Origin: Octopus bimaculoides
Lineage: Eukaryota
Direction: 5' to 3'
Assembly (NCBI RefSeq): GCF_001194135.2
Contig: NC_068983.1
Coordinates: forward strand, 67,435,500-67,470,557
DNA: 35,058 bases
The translations under genes and the position numbers were made by a program. The notes beneath the pieces are model-generated. The model made no database searches and was not told the origin of the DNA. It was given only the letters and a program-made list of their open reading frames with translations. Below, piece by piece: positions 13,524 to 23,722 of the stretch; position 1 is the stretch's first letter; every line of letters starts with the position of its first letter.

Positions 13524-13889
13524 AGGATTTTATTTAAAATAAATACAAAGGAAAATTAATTGCATTGTCAAATAATTCCATGTAAAACATAAAGTAAGTC
13601 ATTTCATGTACAAGGAAGTCAATTAAAATATAATTGTTACTGATACACTGTTATGTAAACATACATACAATTACATACACATACTGTATTTAGACATACA
13701 TACACAGAAATATAAATATGCTTATCTTTACATACACACACAGACATGTAAATATTCATTCACACACACACACAGGTACAATTACACGCAAATTTGTTGG
13801 TATCAAAGACTAAAGCCTATTTTGAGTCTATAGTGTCATGAGGGGACTGGCTTATCCATGTTGCTGGGGCTGTTAGAGAAATAAAATTA

Positions 13890-14052
13890 CAAGACTCATC
13901 TTTGAATGGGACGCCACTGGCTGAGTGAACTGGGGTAACATGAAATGAAGGACCTTGCTGAAGGAGATAATACGCTGCCTATTCCAAGAATGGAATTCAC
14001 CATCTGATGATTGTGGACTCAACGGAGTAACCATTAAGCCATCTGCCTTCAC
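13890..14052 (-). mobile_element. Degenerate tRNA-derived SINE head, another family
   Basis: Minus strand GGCAGATGGCTTAATGGTTA (A-box-like), later CAGCAAGGTCCTTCATTTCATGTTACCCCAGTTCACTCAGC. Confidence 0.5.
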
Positions 14053-16058
14053 AACTGGTGATATTTAGGTTTTTAACAACTGACAGTTTGAAGAATCTTC
14101 TAGAGGTGTGTTAGAGTTCAAAAATGTTGTGACTGTCAAGCCATGGTTTAGTAACGAGAAATAACCCGGTTTTTAAATATAGCTTCACTAAATTTTATTA
14201 GCATAGGGAAAAGTTCTTCTAAATATGAAGAATATTAAACAATTTGAATTTGTAAACAAAAACCTATGACATTAGCAATGAAACGACTAACCTATCCATT
14301 AGTCTAATAAACTGTAAAGTGAATCTTAGATGAAGCGTGTGCAGATCTGTGTTGAGATAAGGTTTCTTTCAATTAAATATATCTAGTCTAATTACAGAGA
14401 TAGAAAATTCTTAATTTGCCTGTGGTTCACTGTAAACGGGAAAAACTATACTCGTATCTAATGAGCACCGCTAACAAGTTTGTATTGTTTAAAATTTGCA
14501 TAAATTTCAATTTACTATTCTAAATTAAGTACGTTGCATTGATTTTTCTTCACTCTCACTTCCTCAGAGTTGTTTTAGAGCAAAGTTAGAAATACTTCTT
14601 TTTTGTATATTCAATTAATTCATATGATGTAAGTAGATTGTGTAACGTCACAAGATAAAATTATAATTTCTTTTTCAATCAATATAAAATACCTAACTTT
14701 AGTAGATATGAATATAATAATTTTGTAGGACTGTGTTATACTGTGTTGGCAATTCTGTACCTCTTACAGATCGGCCTCAATTCTCTCATCATATCCCCCT
14801 TCCCACCTGTTTTTGAAATACCATCTGTTTCTGTTGAATATGATACTCCAATGTTGACCTATTTCTTAGGTTTAGCGTCTAGCAACAATACATACACTTC
14901 AGTCAAATGGTGCTAGTTCAGCAAAAGACCAAATTCCAGCCCAGACAGCGACTGCAGGTTCAACGGGACACCGTGGAGAAAATAATGATTGAAATAGGTT
15001 TTTGTTCTGACCGACACCTGATACCCAGCAATGGGTCTCACAGGCTTTGAAACATGTGGTATCTTTATTGCTTGGTTTATATTTCAAGAGACGCAGGATG
15101 ATCTTAATTCTCCACCCCCTACAGTGAAAAGCGATATCTGTAGCAAACAATTCCCACCCCACACATCTTTATTTTTGTCGTTTTTCCTTTCATTTTTCTT
15201 TTTCCTTTATTTTTGTATTTTCTTTATCAAACACGATTCTTCAACAACCGTTTTACACCCGCTGGAATTGTTCAGGTGCTTCCATAAGCATATAACAAAT
15301 CTACAGTTCATTATTTTCGCATTAATTTCCACGACTGATTAGGGCGCCTTGTTAATGTTAGAAAGTCATTGTCTACCCGACAAATATCAGACAGTATTTA
15401 CCCCTCAGAAGATGAAGCTAGTCAATTAAAGATGCGAATGGCCACAGACACACGCAAACTAAGAAAGAGAGAAAATCTGTAGTTAAGTTTAGTTCAAGCT
15501 GATTAATAAATGTAATTGTTGATTTCTTAAAACTGAAACAAAACATCGAATTTATAAAGAGAAATTAGATTATTCCAGGTTCATGCTGTTTATAATTTTC
15601 GCATTTTCATTAGTCATAATATTTTGTATGTTAATGCTTAGTCTCAGATCGACATTATTCTATCAGACCTGTGACATTTCTGCGATTAGCACTACTGTAT
15701 CTGATGTATCCTCCATTCTAAAAACGGTAGAGTGGAATTTGAGCAAGATTTAGCAATTATTTCAAGACAATCGAGCGTTTCCCTTGTTGGTGTGATATGA
15801 AATGTAAGGGGCCCTAGTACTGTTAAGTTGAGGTTGTAACGTACTTTCGATTCTTAGCTGAAGTGCGTTCAGTTCACTCACACTGACACTATCTTAGGGA
15901 AAAGCCTGAACACTACTTTCTAAAAGGCCATTGTGAAATAGGTGGCTACAAAATAGAAAAAACTTACATGACCTAATTGTATATATATAAATTTATATGT
16001 ATATACATATATTTCGAAGAGAATGAAAAATAAAAACTTTTACCTTGTTTTTTTTTTT

Positions 16059-16135
16059 TGCATCTATACTCAAGTTTCGAACTCTAATTAGCAAATAGAA
16101 TAATATGCTAGGGAAAGTTCTCATCAGTGGCTACA
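16059..16135 (-). ncRNA. Candidate type I hammerhead ribozyme (minimal, Penelope-type)
   Basis: Minus strand UGUAGCCA-CUGAUGA-GAACUUU...AGAGUUC-GAAAC-UUGA-GUA-UAGAUGCA. Core is complete, stem II has 7 bp, stem III is self-complementary, stem I has two mismatches. Confidence 0.6.
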
Positions 16136-16160
16136 CCAAAACAATTAACATATAATTTAT

Positions 16161-16268
16161 NNNNNNNNNNNNNNNNNNNNNNNNNNNNNNNNNNNNNNNN
16201 NNNNNNNNNNNNNNNNNNNNNNNNNNNNNNNNNNNNNNNNNNNNNNNNNNNNNNNNNNNNNNNNNNNN
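16161..16268. other. Assembly gap
   Basis: Run of N. Confidence 0.99.
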
Positions 16269-16303
<35 letters not shown>

Positions 16304-16705
16304 GTATTTATATATATTTTTATACCAAAATTAGGCAAAAATATTGTATCTGTTAACAAACGTAGCAAAAAACTCACAAGTGAGTTTTTGCATTTATATC
16401 GATTTAAATGAGAGCTCAAAACTGATCCATTGAAAATACTTTATTATAATAATGATAATGACCTATGATCATTTCGATGCAATATCCAGATTGATTCAGG
16501 CATATTATAAAATATGGGATACTGCATCTCCTCAGGGCCTTATTAGTAGGAGGCAGACAATAAAAATAGATAACATTCATATACAACATACATCGTTTAC
16601 CTGCGAAAACATGCAAAAAAACAAGTTGAAAAGACATGAGATGTTATACAACGGTACATCATAATGGTGTTGAAACCATGAACATATCATTGGTACATAT
16701 GGTAC

Positions 16706-17080
16706 CCCTTTGAGAATACCATATGTACCAATGATAACTGCATGGTATGTAGGATTAGCCCTGGTATTAACTGTAGAAATAGAAATGTAGTTTACAGCAT
16801 AAAATGCATGGAAGGTGCTTGTAAAGACCTGAATATGACATACACAGGAGAAACATCTAGGAGCATTGCGGAACGACTAAACGAACATCTGAGACAATAC
16901 GACGACAAAAAACAGTCCTCCATACTCTACCAACAAGCCAAAGACCAGCATGGAGGCAACTTGGGTCAACTTGACATCCGCATCTTATCCAAACACCCAA
17001 AAGACCCAACCCTAAGACAAATACGGGAGTAAGTCCTTATAAATGAAACTTCCCCAATACTAAATAGGAAATATACATAG
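16706..17080 (+). mobile_element. Penelope-like retroelement relic: Cys-rich linker plus GIY-YIG endonuclease with an internal stop
   Basis: PFENTICTNDNCMVCRISPGINCRNRNVVYSIKCMEGACKDLNMTYTGETSRSIAERLNEH...RQIRE*VLINETSPILNRK. Contains the VVY / YTGET / R..EH motifs and the C-terminal E..I....P.LN motif of GIY-YIG nucleases. Confidence 0.88.
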
Positions 17081-17144
17081 ATATCATACCCCCATACCCA
17101 CATTTTACACAGGTAAAGTAGAACAGTTAGTGGGCTTTTATGTA

Positions 17145-17760
17145 AATAGATGTATGTATGTCTGTATGTGTGGGTGTATGTGTGTGTGTGCATGCACATG
17201 TATGTATATGTAAACAAAAAGGTCTACATACAGACGGGTAGGTACATAGGATATATGAACAGACAACCACATACGCGAATAGAGACTGAAACACATGACC
17301 ACATATACACACACACTTTACTTCACACAAAGACACNNNNNNNNNNGAATAGAGACTGAAACACATGACCACATATACACACACACTTTACTTCACACAA
17401 AGACACATGTCCACATATATGGAGATGTGCACCCATACATACAAACATAGTACATCGCAGCAAAACACACACACACACACACTCAAACATGCACATACAA
17501 AGAGACAGAGGTACATACATACGTATACACACATGCACACACATACATAAAAACACAAAAACACAGGAATATACAGAATACATACATACATACATGCAAG
17601 CACACACACACATACATACATATGTGTATACACACACATACATACATATATACATATGCACATACACAGACATACATACACACACATGCACACGTACATG
17701 CATGCATGCATACATGCACACACACTGTGGCACACGCATGTGCAAAAACAAACAAAAACA
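17145..17760. repeat. Degenerate (CA/TA)n low-complexity region with a 10-N gap at 17337-17346
   Basis: Visible. Source of the many C/V/Y/M and H/T ORFs. Confidence 0.9.
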
Positions 17761-18007
17761 AAAAAAAGATCGCAGCGTAAATAACGGACAGTCAAGACTA
17801 TTGATAAAGTTGCAAGACACAACGAAAATTTTAGGAAAATAAGAATAAGAAATAAGTGGAAATTTTAACGGTGAGTGTGTTAAATTTCAAGGCACAATAA
17901 GAAAATGACTCTCCCCAGACACAATAGAATATGCTTCAACACATGAAATCACATAAAATAATCTTGCAAACCAAATCCAAAAACGATATATATATATATA
18001 TATATAT

Positions 18008-18170
18008 ACGACGGGTTTCTTTCAGATTCCGTTTACGAAATCCATTCACAACGCTTTGGTCGGCCCGAGGCTATAGTAGAAGACACTTGCCCAAGGTGGC
18101 ATGCAGTGGGACTGAACCCGGAACCATGTGGTTGGTAAGCAAGCTACTCACCACACAGCCACTCCTGCGC
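18008..18170 (-). mobile_element. tRNA-derived SINE, family B, head and CORE-like half only, ending in (TA)n
   Basis: Near-identical to 27817-27983. Minus strand reads GCGCAGGAGTGGCTGTGTGG...GGGTTCAGTCCC...CACCTTGGGCAAGTG. CCTTGGGCAAGT resembles the CORE-SINE domain. Confidence 0.9.
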
Positions 18171-19746
18171 ATGTGGAGCTTGATGCCGCTGCCCGCATTT
18201 GCACTTCCTGCTGTGAAGTTGGATTAAAACCGTAAAAACAGGCTTCTTTCCTTCGTCATCACAGCCTGTTTTCACAGTTTTAATACAGAAATTGGAACCA
18301 ATTCACAATTAACGTGAAGTCTTTTTCATATTCTTTCATTAGACCGTTTTCAGTTACGTGTATATTTAATCTGGAAGTTTTGGTAGCTTTTTGAACGTCT
18401 CGGCAGTTCAAGTATGTGGGAGTTAGGTCGTTTTCACAAAGTGCACAAGAGTAAAGAAGAAAACCAAAAGAAACTATCGTTGTAAGTACAAAATTACTTC
18501 TGCTGTTACTTCATATTTATTTTGGTTAAATATTTCTTTCGAGAACGTTCTTAAGTTCAGATATATTGTTATTTTTACTCGTTTTTTTTTTTATTATTCG
18601 CTAATTTTCAAGGGTCATTCACCAGAATAAATAGAAATTTCAAAAAATATATATAACGTCTCAGACTACACTTCTTTTTATTCACAATCATATATACGTA
18701 AAATACATACGAAAGGAAGCCAAGTTTCATAATCGAGATTTTCGCAAATTTTGAGAGTATGTTAGTAGGTTGACGACAGTGATATATAGTAATCGTAATC
18801 AAGAAGGATGGTTTGTCAGCTGCCTATCCTTTAAAAACGATGAGATTAATGCAGCAAGTTTTCGATGGGAAGGGATGGTTTTATTTATTTATTTATTTAT
18901 TTTGTGTGTCATATCTTATTAAATTGCAGGAAGACATACGGTTGAAAGTTTTTATGAATGGAAGAATTTCATTGTAAGAAATGAATCTAGGACAAGAATT
19001 GCTAGCATCTAATATAGACTGAGTTTCAATTATAAAAATGAGTAGGAAATATTAGGAAATATTACTAAGGAGTGTTTGGTGTTTGTGACGATTGACAAAA
19101 ATGTCATTCACAAAGTTATGGATCCTCGAAAAAGAGTAGGTGAGCAGAAAACGTCAATGAATTTAGCAGAACCAAAGCAAAATTTGAATCCGGATTGTCT
19201 ATTGTCATGGTCCGAATAAGAAAATAGAACATAAGTGGCTAAAATGATGGAGGGTGAAAAGGGAGGAATAGACAGAAAAAAGGAAACAGAGAAGAGAGAA
19301 ACGACGAGAAACAGCGGAGAATAGGGAGAGATACTGTTAACAGATATTGAAGACAGTTGATTGAGGGGAGAATGAAAAAAGATGAACACAGACGGCTGTA
19401 AATAAGTAAAGTGAATGAGAGAGTGGGTTCACTTATAGATAATTTTTACCACACTCCCAGAGTTATTATATAAGGCAACAATTAAAAAGTTGAGAAGAAT
19501 ATCTTTTCTCGAAGATACAGCTACACCACTAGTTTCAAAGAGATCAATGCCTTCGCGGTTGTAACTTTCTACTAATAAAGCTTACTGAAATATCTTTCCA
19601 TGAAAGAAGTGGAAGCTGTACAGATGATCAATATCTTTAGATAGGAGCTAACTCTGAGATACACATTATTGCAAAGTAACAACGAAGTAGCCATTTGACC
19701 TTTGGAATTAAATTCTGTTTAAAGAAAAGAGAGAATAAAGCGGGTG

Positions 19747-20466
19747 TCGGAAATTTAAACCCCACTCAGATAAAAGTGAAAGTTTTGGAAAATTTAAAGC
19801 TTCTGGGTAAAGTGAAAATGTCACGTTCAGCGTCCGAAATTAGGGTTTGGTGGCTAACAATTATCTTCTAGACAATATTGCTTAGAGAGCTAGGGAAACT
19901 TCCATTGTAGATGACCTCGTTTTTGGATGTCGGTGACTATCTTTTCAATGGCACTAAGAATACTTGACAAACACCCGGAACTCGACAAATGCCCATCTAA
20001 TAGTGTTATACGTGCTAGATCAACATCCAGAGAGAGTAGCGTTTTCTAGACAATGGAGTTTAAGGAGTTTGGTAAATACTTTGGAGAGTGAAGTAGTTCC
20101 TCTTTTAGGATCAGAGATGGCCATAGTAAGAGATGGTATTAATGGAGCCATGCATCAGTTTCTTGCTTAACGCCGTCGTAACAGGAAGAAAGAACGCTTA
20201 CGTCATACTGCTTACAAATGAATATTGAGAATTTAAGACTGAAATCCGAGAAGGATCTGTGGGGAGTCAAGGCGAATAAGTACTTTAGGAATATTTAATC
20301 ATGTAATTTTTATTTATTGTTTAATTTTACTAAGATATTGATATCAATTTTAATTTTATTCACCAGTATAACAGTTTTATAAAAATAACGCGACGCTTTC
20401 ACTTTACCCAGAAACTCAGTTTTTGGAAAGTTTTCACGTTTGTAGTGGGGTGAGTTAAATTCCCGA
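19747..20466. mobile_element. Candidate non-autonomous element bounded by about 80-bp imperfect inverted repeats
   Basis: 19747-19827 and 20387-20466 are inverted copies that share an exact 17-mer TTCTGGGTAAAGTGAAA. No TSD identified. Confidence 0.45.
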
Positions 20467-20793
20467 TGTGTACAGAAAATGATTTAAAGATTAATTTCTT
20501 TCTTTTGGATGATCAGTTCAGTAAAGCTATAAAACATGGCTAAGGAGTTTGTTTTTGTGGTATAGATATTACTTGAAAGGGTCATCGGTATTAGACAGAA
20601 GAGGATAGGAAGGTTAATCTAAGTTAGATGATGTGCTTAGTAATAAACTAGAATAAATAATTGCAATTTGGCGGAGGGGAGATATTTTAACTGCGTGACA
20701 AATGTAACATGGCAACAAAATATTGTCATTGTCAATTTTCAGCAAATCCTCATTCTTCACACTTACATCATATCAGCTGGTTAAGCATTCTGA

Positions 20794-21110
20794 AGTGTTA
20801 GGTTTCCAACAATTGAAAGATGGAAGACATCAATTGTTGAATTTTTAAATGCCGATTCTACATGCAATATATTCAGACACTTCAGTAGGGTTAGCAGCAA
20901 AGACAGTTTGTTGCCAGATGTAATCTATTCAGAGTTGGCGAAATTCCGATCTACTGGAACAATGGCCAAGAAGCTCAAACTGCATGCAGATGAAGCTTTG
21001 AAGTTAGTTGCAATGTAGGTTATGGCATTAGATAGGGATAAAATCTATCAATGTTAGCAAAGGGAGAATGACAAAGGAAAACTTTTGAGTTTGGAATTAA
21101 GGTCAACGTA
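20794..21110 (+). mobile_element. Tc1/mariner-superfamily transposase N-terminal HTH relic
   Basis: Open frame RFPTIERWKTSIVEFL...IFRHF...LPDVIYSELAKFRSTGTMAKK. AKFRSTGTMA resembles the KFRETG(S/T)V motif that ends such HTH domains. Stops and frameshifts follow. Confidence 0.5.
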
Positions 21111-21619
21111 TTATACATTTCATTAGGAATATCAAATATTTAATCTGCTGGGAGTGATATGGAAAATCTTACTTAATTATGGAGACAGAATACATTACGT
21201 AAAATTATTGTTCAAAGTTCAAATCTCGTAGGAATGGCTTTATCGTGTCGCACATCTCTTACAACTAAGTGGTCAGAAACAAAGACGTTATAGTTTCATC
21301 ACCATGTGACATTTGGATAATGTTGTCATCCAATCCTGGTCAACAAATGTAACAACGGGAACGGTAGCAAGTAAAACTTAAAATTACTACTCAAATGTAA
21401 CAAAAACGCTAACGCAAATATCACTTGATAACCCAAAATTGACGTATTATCACCAAAATTACAATCATTATCATAATTACGATCATCATCACTATTATCG
21501 AATTTGAGACTTAAGGAGAAAACAGTCATCCTTACATTGTAAATTCCAAGCCGTATCTCATCAAAGGTTAAACGTGTTACATAAGAAGTAATGACAGCGT
21601 CGTGGTCGGTTGTAGTCGT

Positions 21620-22620
21620 CAGCTCTGCTCAAGTTGTACTATGTATGGTATACAATCAGCTGAATGATAAGGTCCAACATATCGATCCATCTTCCCAGCT
21701 ACAGCATAATTTCGCATATCTGAGGACCATACTGCACTATTCGTCTCGCATTGATGAATAGTATAGGATTCATTGTGATAGGTTGAAAATATTGTACACT
21801 CTCCATTGACGATCTTGTAGGTCGGCAGAATTAGATAACTACCACACTGGAGGCGGACAAGCAGAACTCAGAATGAAGCATTGCTGTTCCTCTACAATTA
21901 GTATGTTGGTGGTCTGCATCCCAACGCTGTGTTCGAGTGCCAGTGATATTATTGGAGTTCAGCTGCTTCTGTGTTTGTTCTTTATGCTTTGGGCTGAGTG
22001 AGGAGTTTTTTAGGCTGATGCCAAGGTAGTATTAATAGGTGTTGCATATGTGGCTCTATGTTAGGACGTAGATTTTTCATCTAATGACAAAGATTGTGCG
22101 GATTGAAACTTACAGCCCTAAGCTCATCGCATGTCCACATGACCTTTCATACTTAGTTTTTCGTGTATATTTCTAAGTAGTGTATGTACTTGTCATGGTG
22201 TGTAGTGAGACGTTTTGTGCATTTTATAGATCAATAATGGAAGACAAAAGCCTTAGATAGATATGGTATAATCTACGATGAATCCAATGTATTGTTTTGA
22301 TACCATCGTTGTTATTCCTTTCGGTTGACCAAATATGATACCCGACATTGTTCTATCTATGTCTATGCTGTTTCTTTTTTCTTTACTATGCTTTCTATGT
22401 GTATTTGCTATAGAATTATGATTTCACTCCGCTTCTAGGTTCTGGGCATTTGACAGTGCTGACGCGAGAAGTTGACATTTGTTGGTGAGTACCGTGGTCC
22501 TTCAGCCTTAGGTATTTAGGATTTCGACAAGTAAAAGTTATTTTTAGTTTAGATTTTTCATTGGGTGCCTAATAAGAAGGAAGTGTCAAAGTCAAGGTCC
22601 AAATGCAATATCAGTGATTG
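21620..22620 (-). mobile_element. Heavily decayed non-LTR retrotransposon reverse transcriptase (CR1/L2-like)
   Basis: Motif relics in canonical order across frameshifts: FDTSFLLGTQ*K, TLDS, YLSKAF, LIYKM, W..SFNP, TY*YYLGI, ACPPPVW, CIPYIVQL. The GVPQGS region appears deleted. Confidence 0.55.
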
Positions 22621-23189
22621 CCATAAGAAGTTAATGTCGCTTTGCCTCCTTTACTATATTAGTATATCTTGTGTGTTATGAAGCGTGTGAAGGAGTTGCA
22701 TGTTAGCCCTAATATTTTTGTCTTTTGTATAAAAGGTATGTTTGTGTTACTGAATGTGACGGTTGGTTATATTTGATAGTCTCTGATAATACCTTATGAT
22801 GAAATTGTATTTGATAGATGTAACTTTAAGAGTCAGGTTTGTAAGTCATTTATGTAGTCGTGAGAAGAATGGTAGAATATGAGTGAGATGACATCTATGC
22901 ATAACATTGTCTGTAATAAGCTATTGCTTTTAGGATGTCTGCATGAAAAAAAAGGGTCATGTTCCGTGAAAATCGTATTTCTCTTCCGTTTTTTTCCTTT
23001 TAGTGGTTGATAGTCAAGGAATATCTAAGAACGTTTGCTTGATGTAACAGAATGGGTATATTAATTGAAGGTACTACTGTGAGTTTGGATGTGATATCAC
23101 TGTTGTTGAAGATGATGCTAATTACTGTTTGCAGTATTTTTCTATTTGTTAATACAAATATTTTCCAGTTGTTTTGTTTTTCTGTTTTA

Positions 23190-23287
23190 TCATTATTATT
23201 ATTATTATTGTTGTTGTTGTTGTTGTTATTATTATTATTATTATCGTTGTTCTTGTTGTTATTGTTAGTAGTAGTAGTAGTAGTAGT
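23190..23287. repeat. Compound (ATT)/(GTT)/(GTA)n microsatellite
   Basis: Visible repeat. Confidence 0.95.
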
Positions 23288-23657
23288 GTGGAGGCGCAAT
23301 GGCCCAGTGGTTAGGGCAGCGGACTCGCGGTTTCGATTCCCAGACCGGGCGTTGTGAGTGTTTATTGAGCGAAAACACCTAAAGCTCCACGAGGCTCTGG
23401 CAGGGGATGGTGGCGAACACTGGTGTACTCTTCCACCACAACTTTCTCTCACTCTTACTTCCTGTTTCTGTTGTGCCTGTAATTCAAAGGGTCAGCCTTG
23501 TCACACTGTGTCACGCTGAATATCCCCGAGAACTACGTTAAGGGTACACGTGTCTGTGGAGTGCTCAACCACTTGCACGTTAATTTCACGAGCAGGCTGT
23601 TCCGTTGATCGGATCAACTGGAACCCTCGACGTCGTAAGCGACGGAGTGCCAACAAC

Positions 23658-23659
<2 letters not shown>
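23288..23659 (+). mobile_element. tRNA-derived SINE, family C, near full length, (CAA)n tail
   Basis: A box TGGCCCAGTGG, B-box-like GTTTCGATTCC, (CAA)3 tail. Highly similar to the inverted copy at 30900-31288. Flanked by (GTA)n on both sides. Confidence 0.93.

Positions 23660-23722
<63 letters not shown>
23660..23722. repeat. (GTA)n microsatellite
   Basis: Visible repeat. Confidence 0.97.

Noticed and set aside
14760-15162. Complex sequence with an 87-aa minus ORF and possible splice sites on both strands
   Set aside because: No recognisable motif in any frame, and the splice signals conflict between strands. It cannot be called without RNA or homology data.
17277-17406. Exact 60-bp direct repeat (17277-17336 and 17347-17406)
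   Set aside because: It flanks a 10-N gap exactly, the signature of an unmerged contig overlap rather than a real duplication.
17775-17820. Hairpin ACAGTC-AA-GACTAT downstream of the GIY-YIG, where a sense hammerhead might lie
   Set aside because: Neither CUGANGA nor GAAA is intact.
17127-17842. Many overlapping 60-165 aa ORFs
   Set aside because: They translate degenerate CA/TA repeats that lack stops by composition. The same applies to ORFs near 4010-4830, 7270-7549, 28684-30212 and 34149-34857.
23288-23345. tRNA gene-like heads here and in other SINE copies
   Set aside because: They have A and B boxes but no complete cloverleaf and are fused to SINE bodies, so they are not called as tRNA genes.
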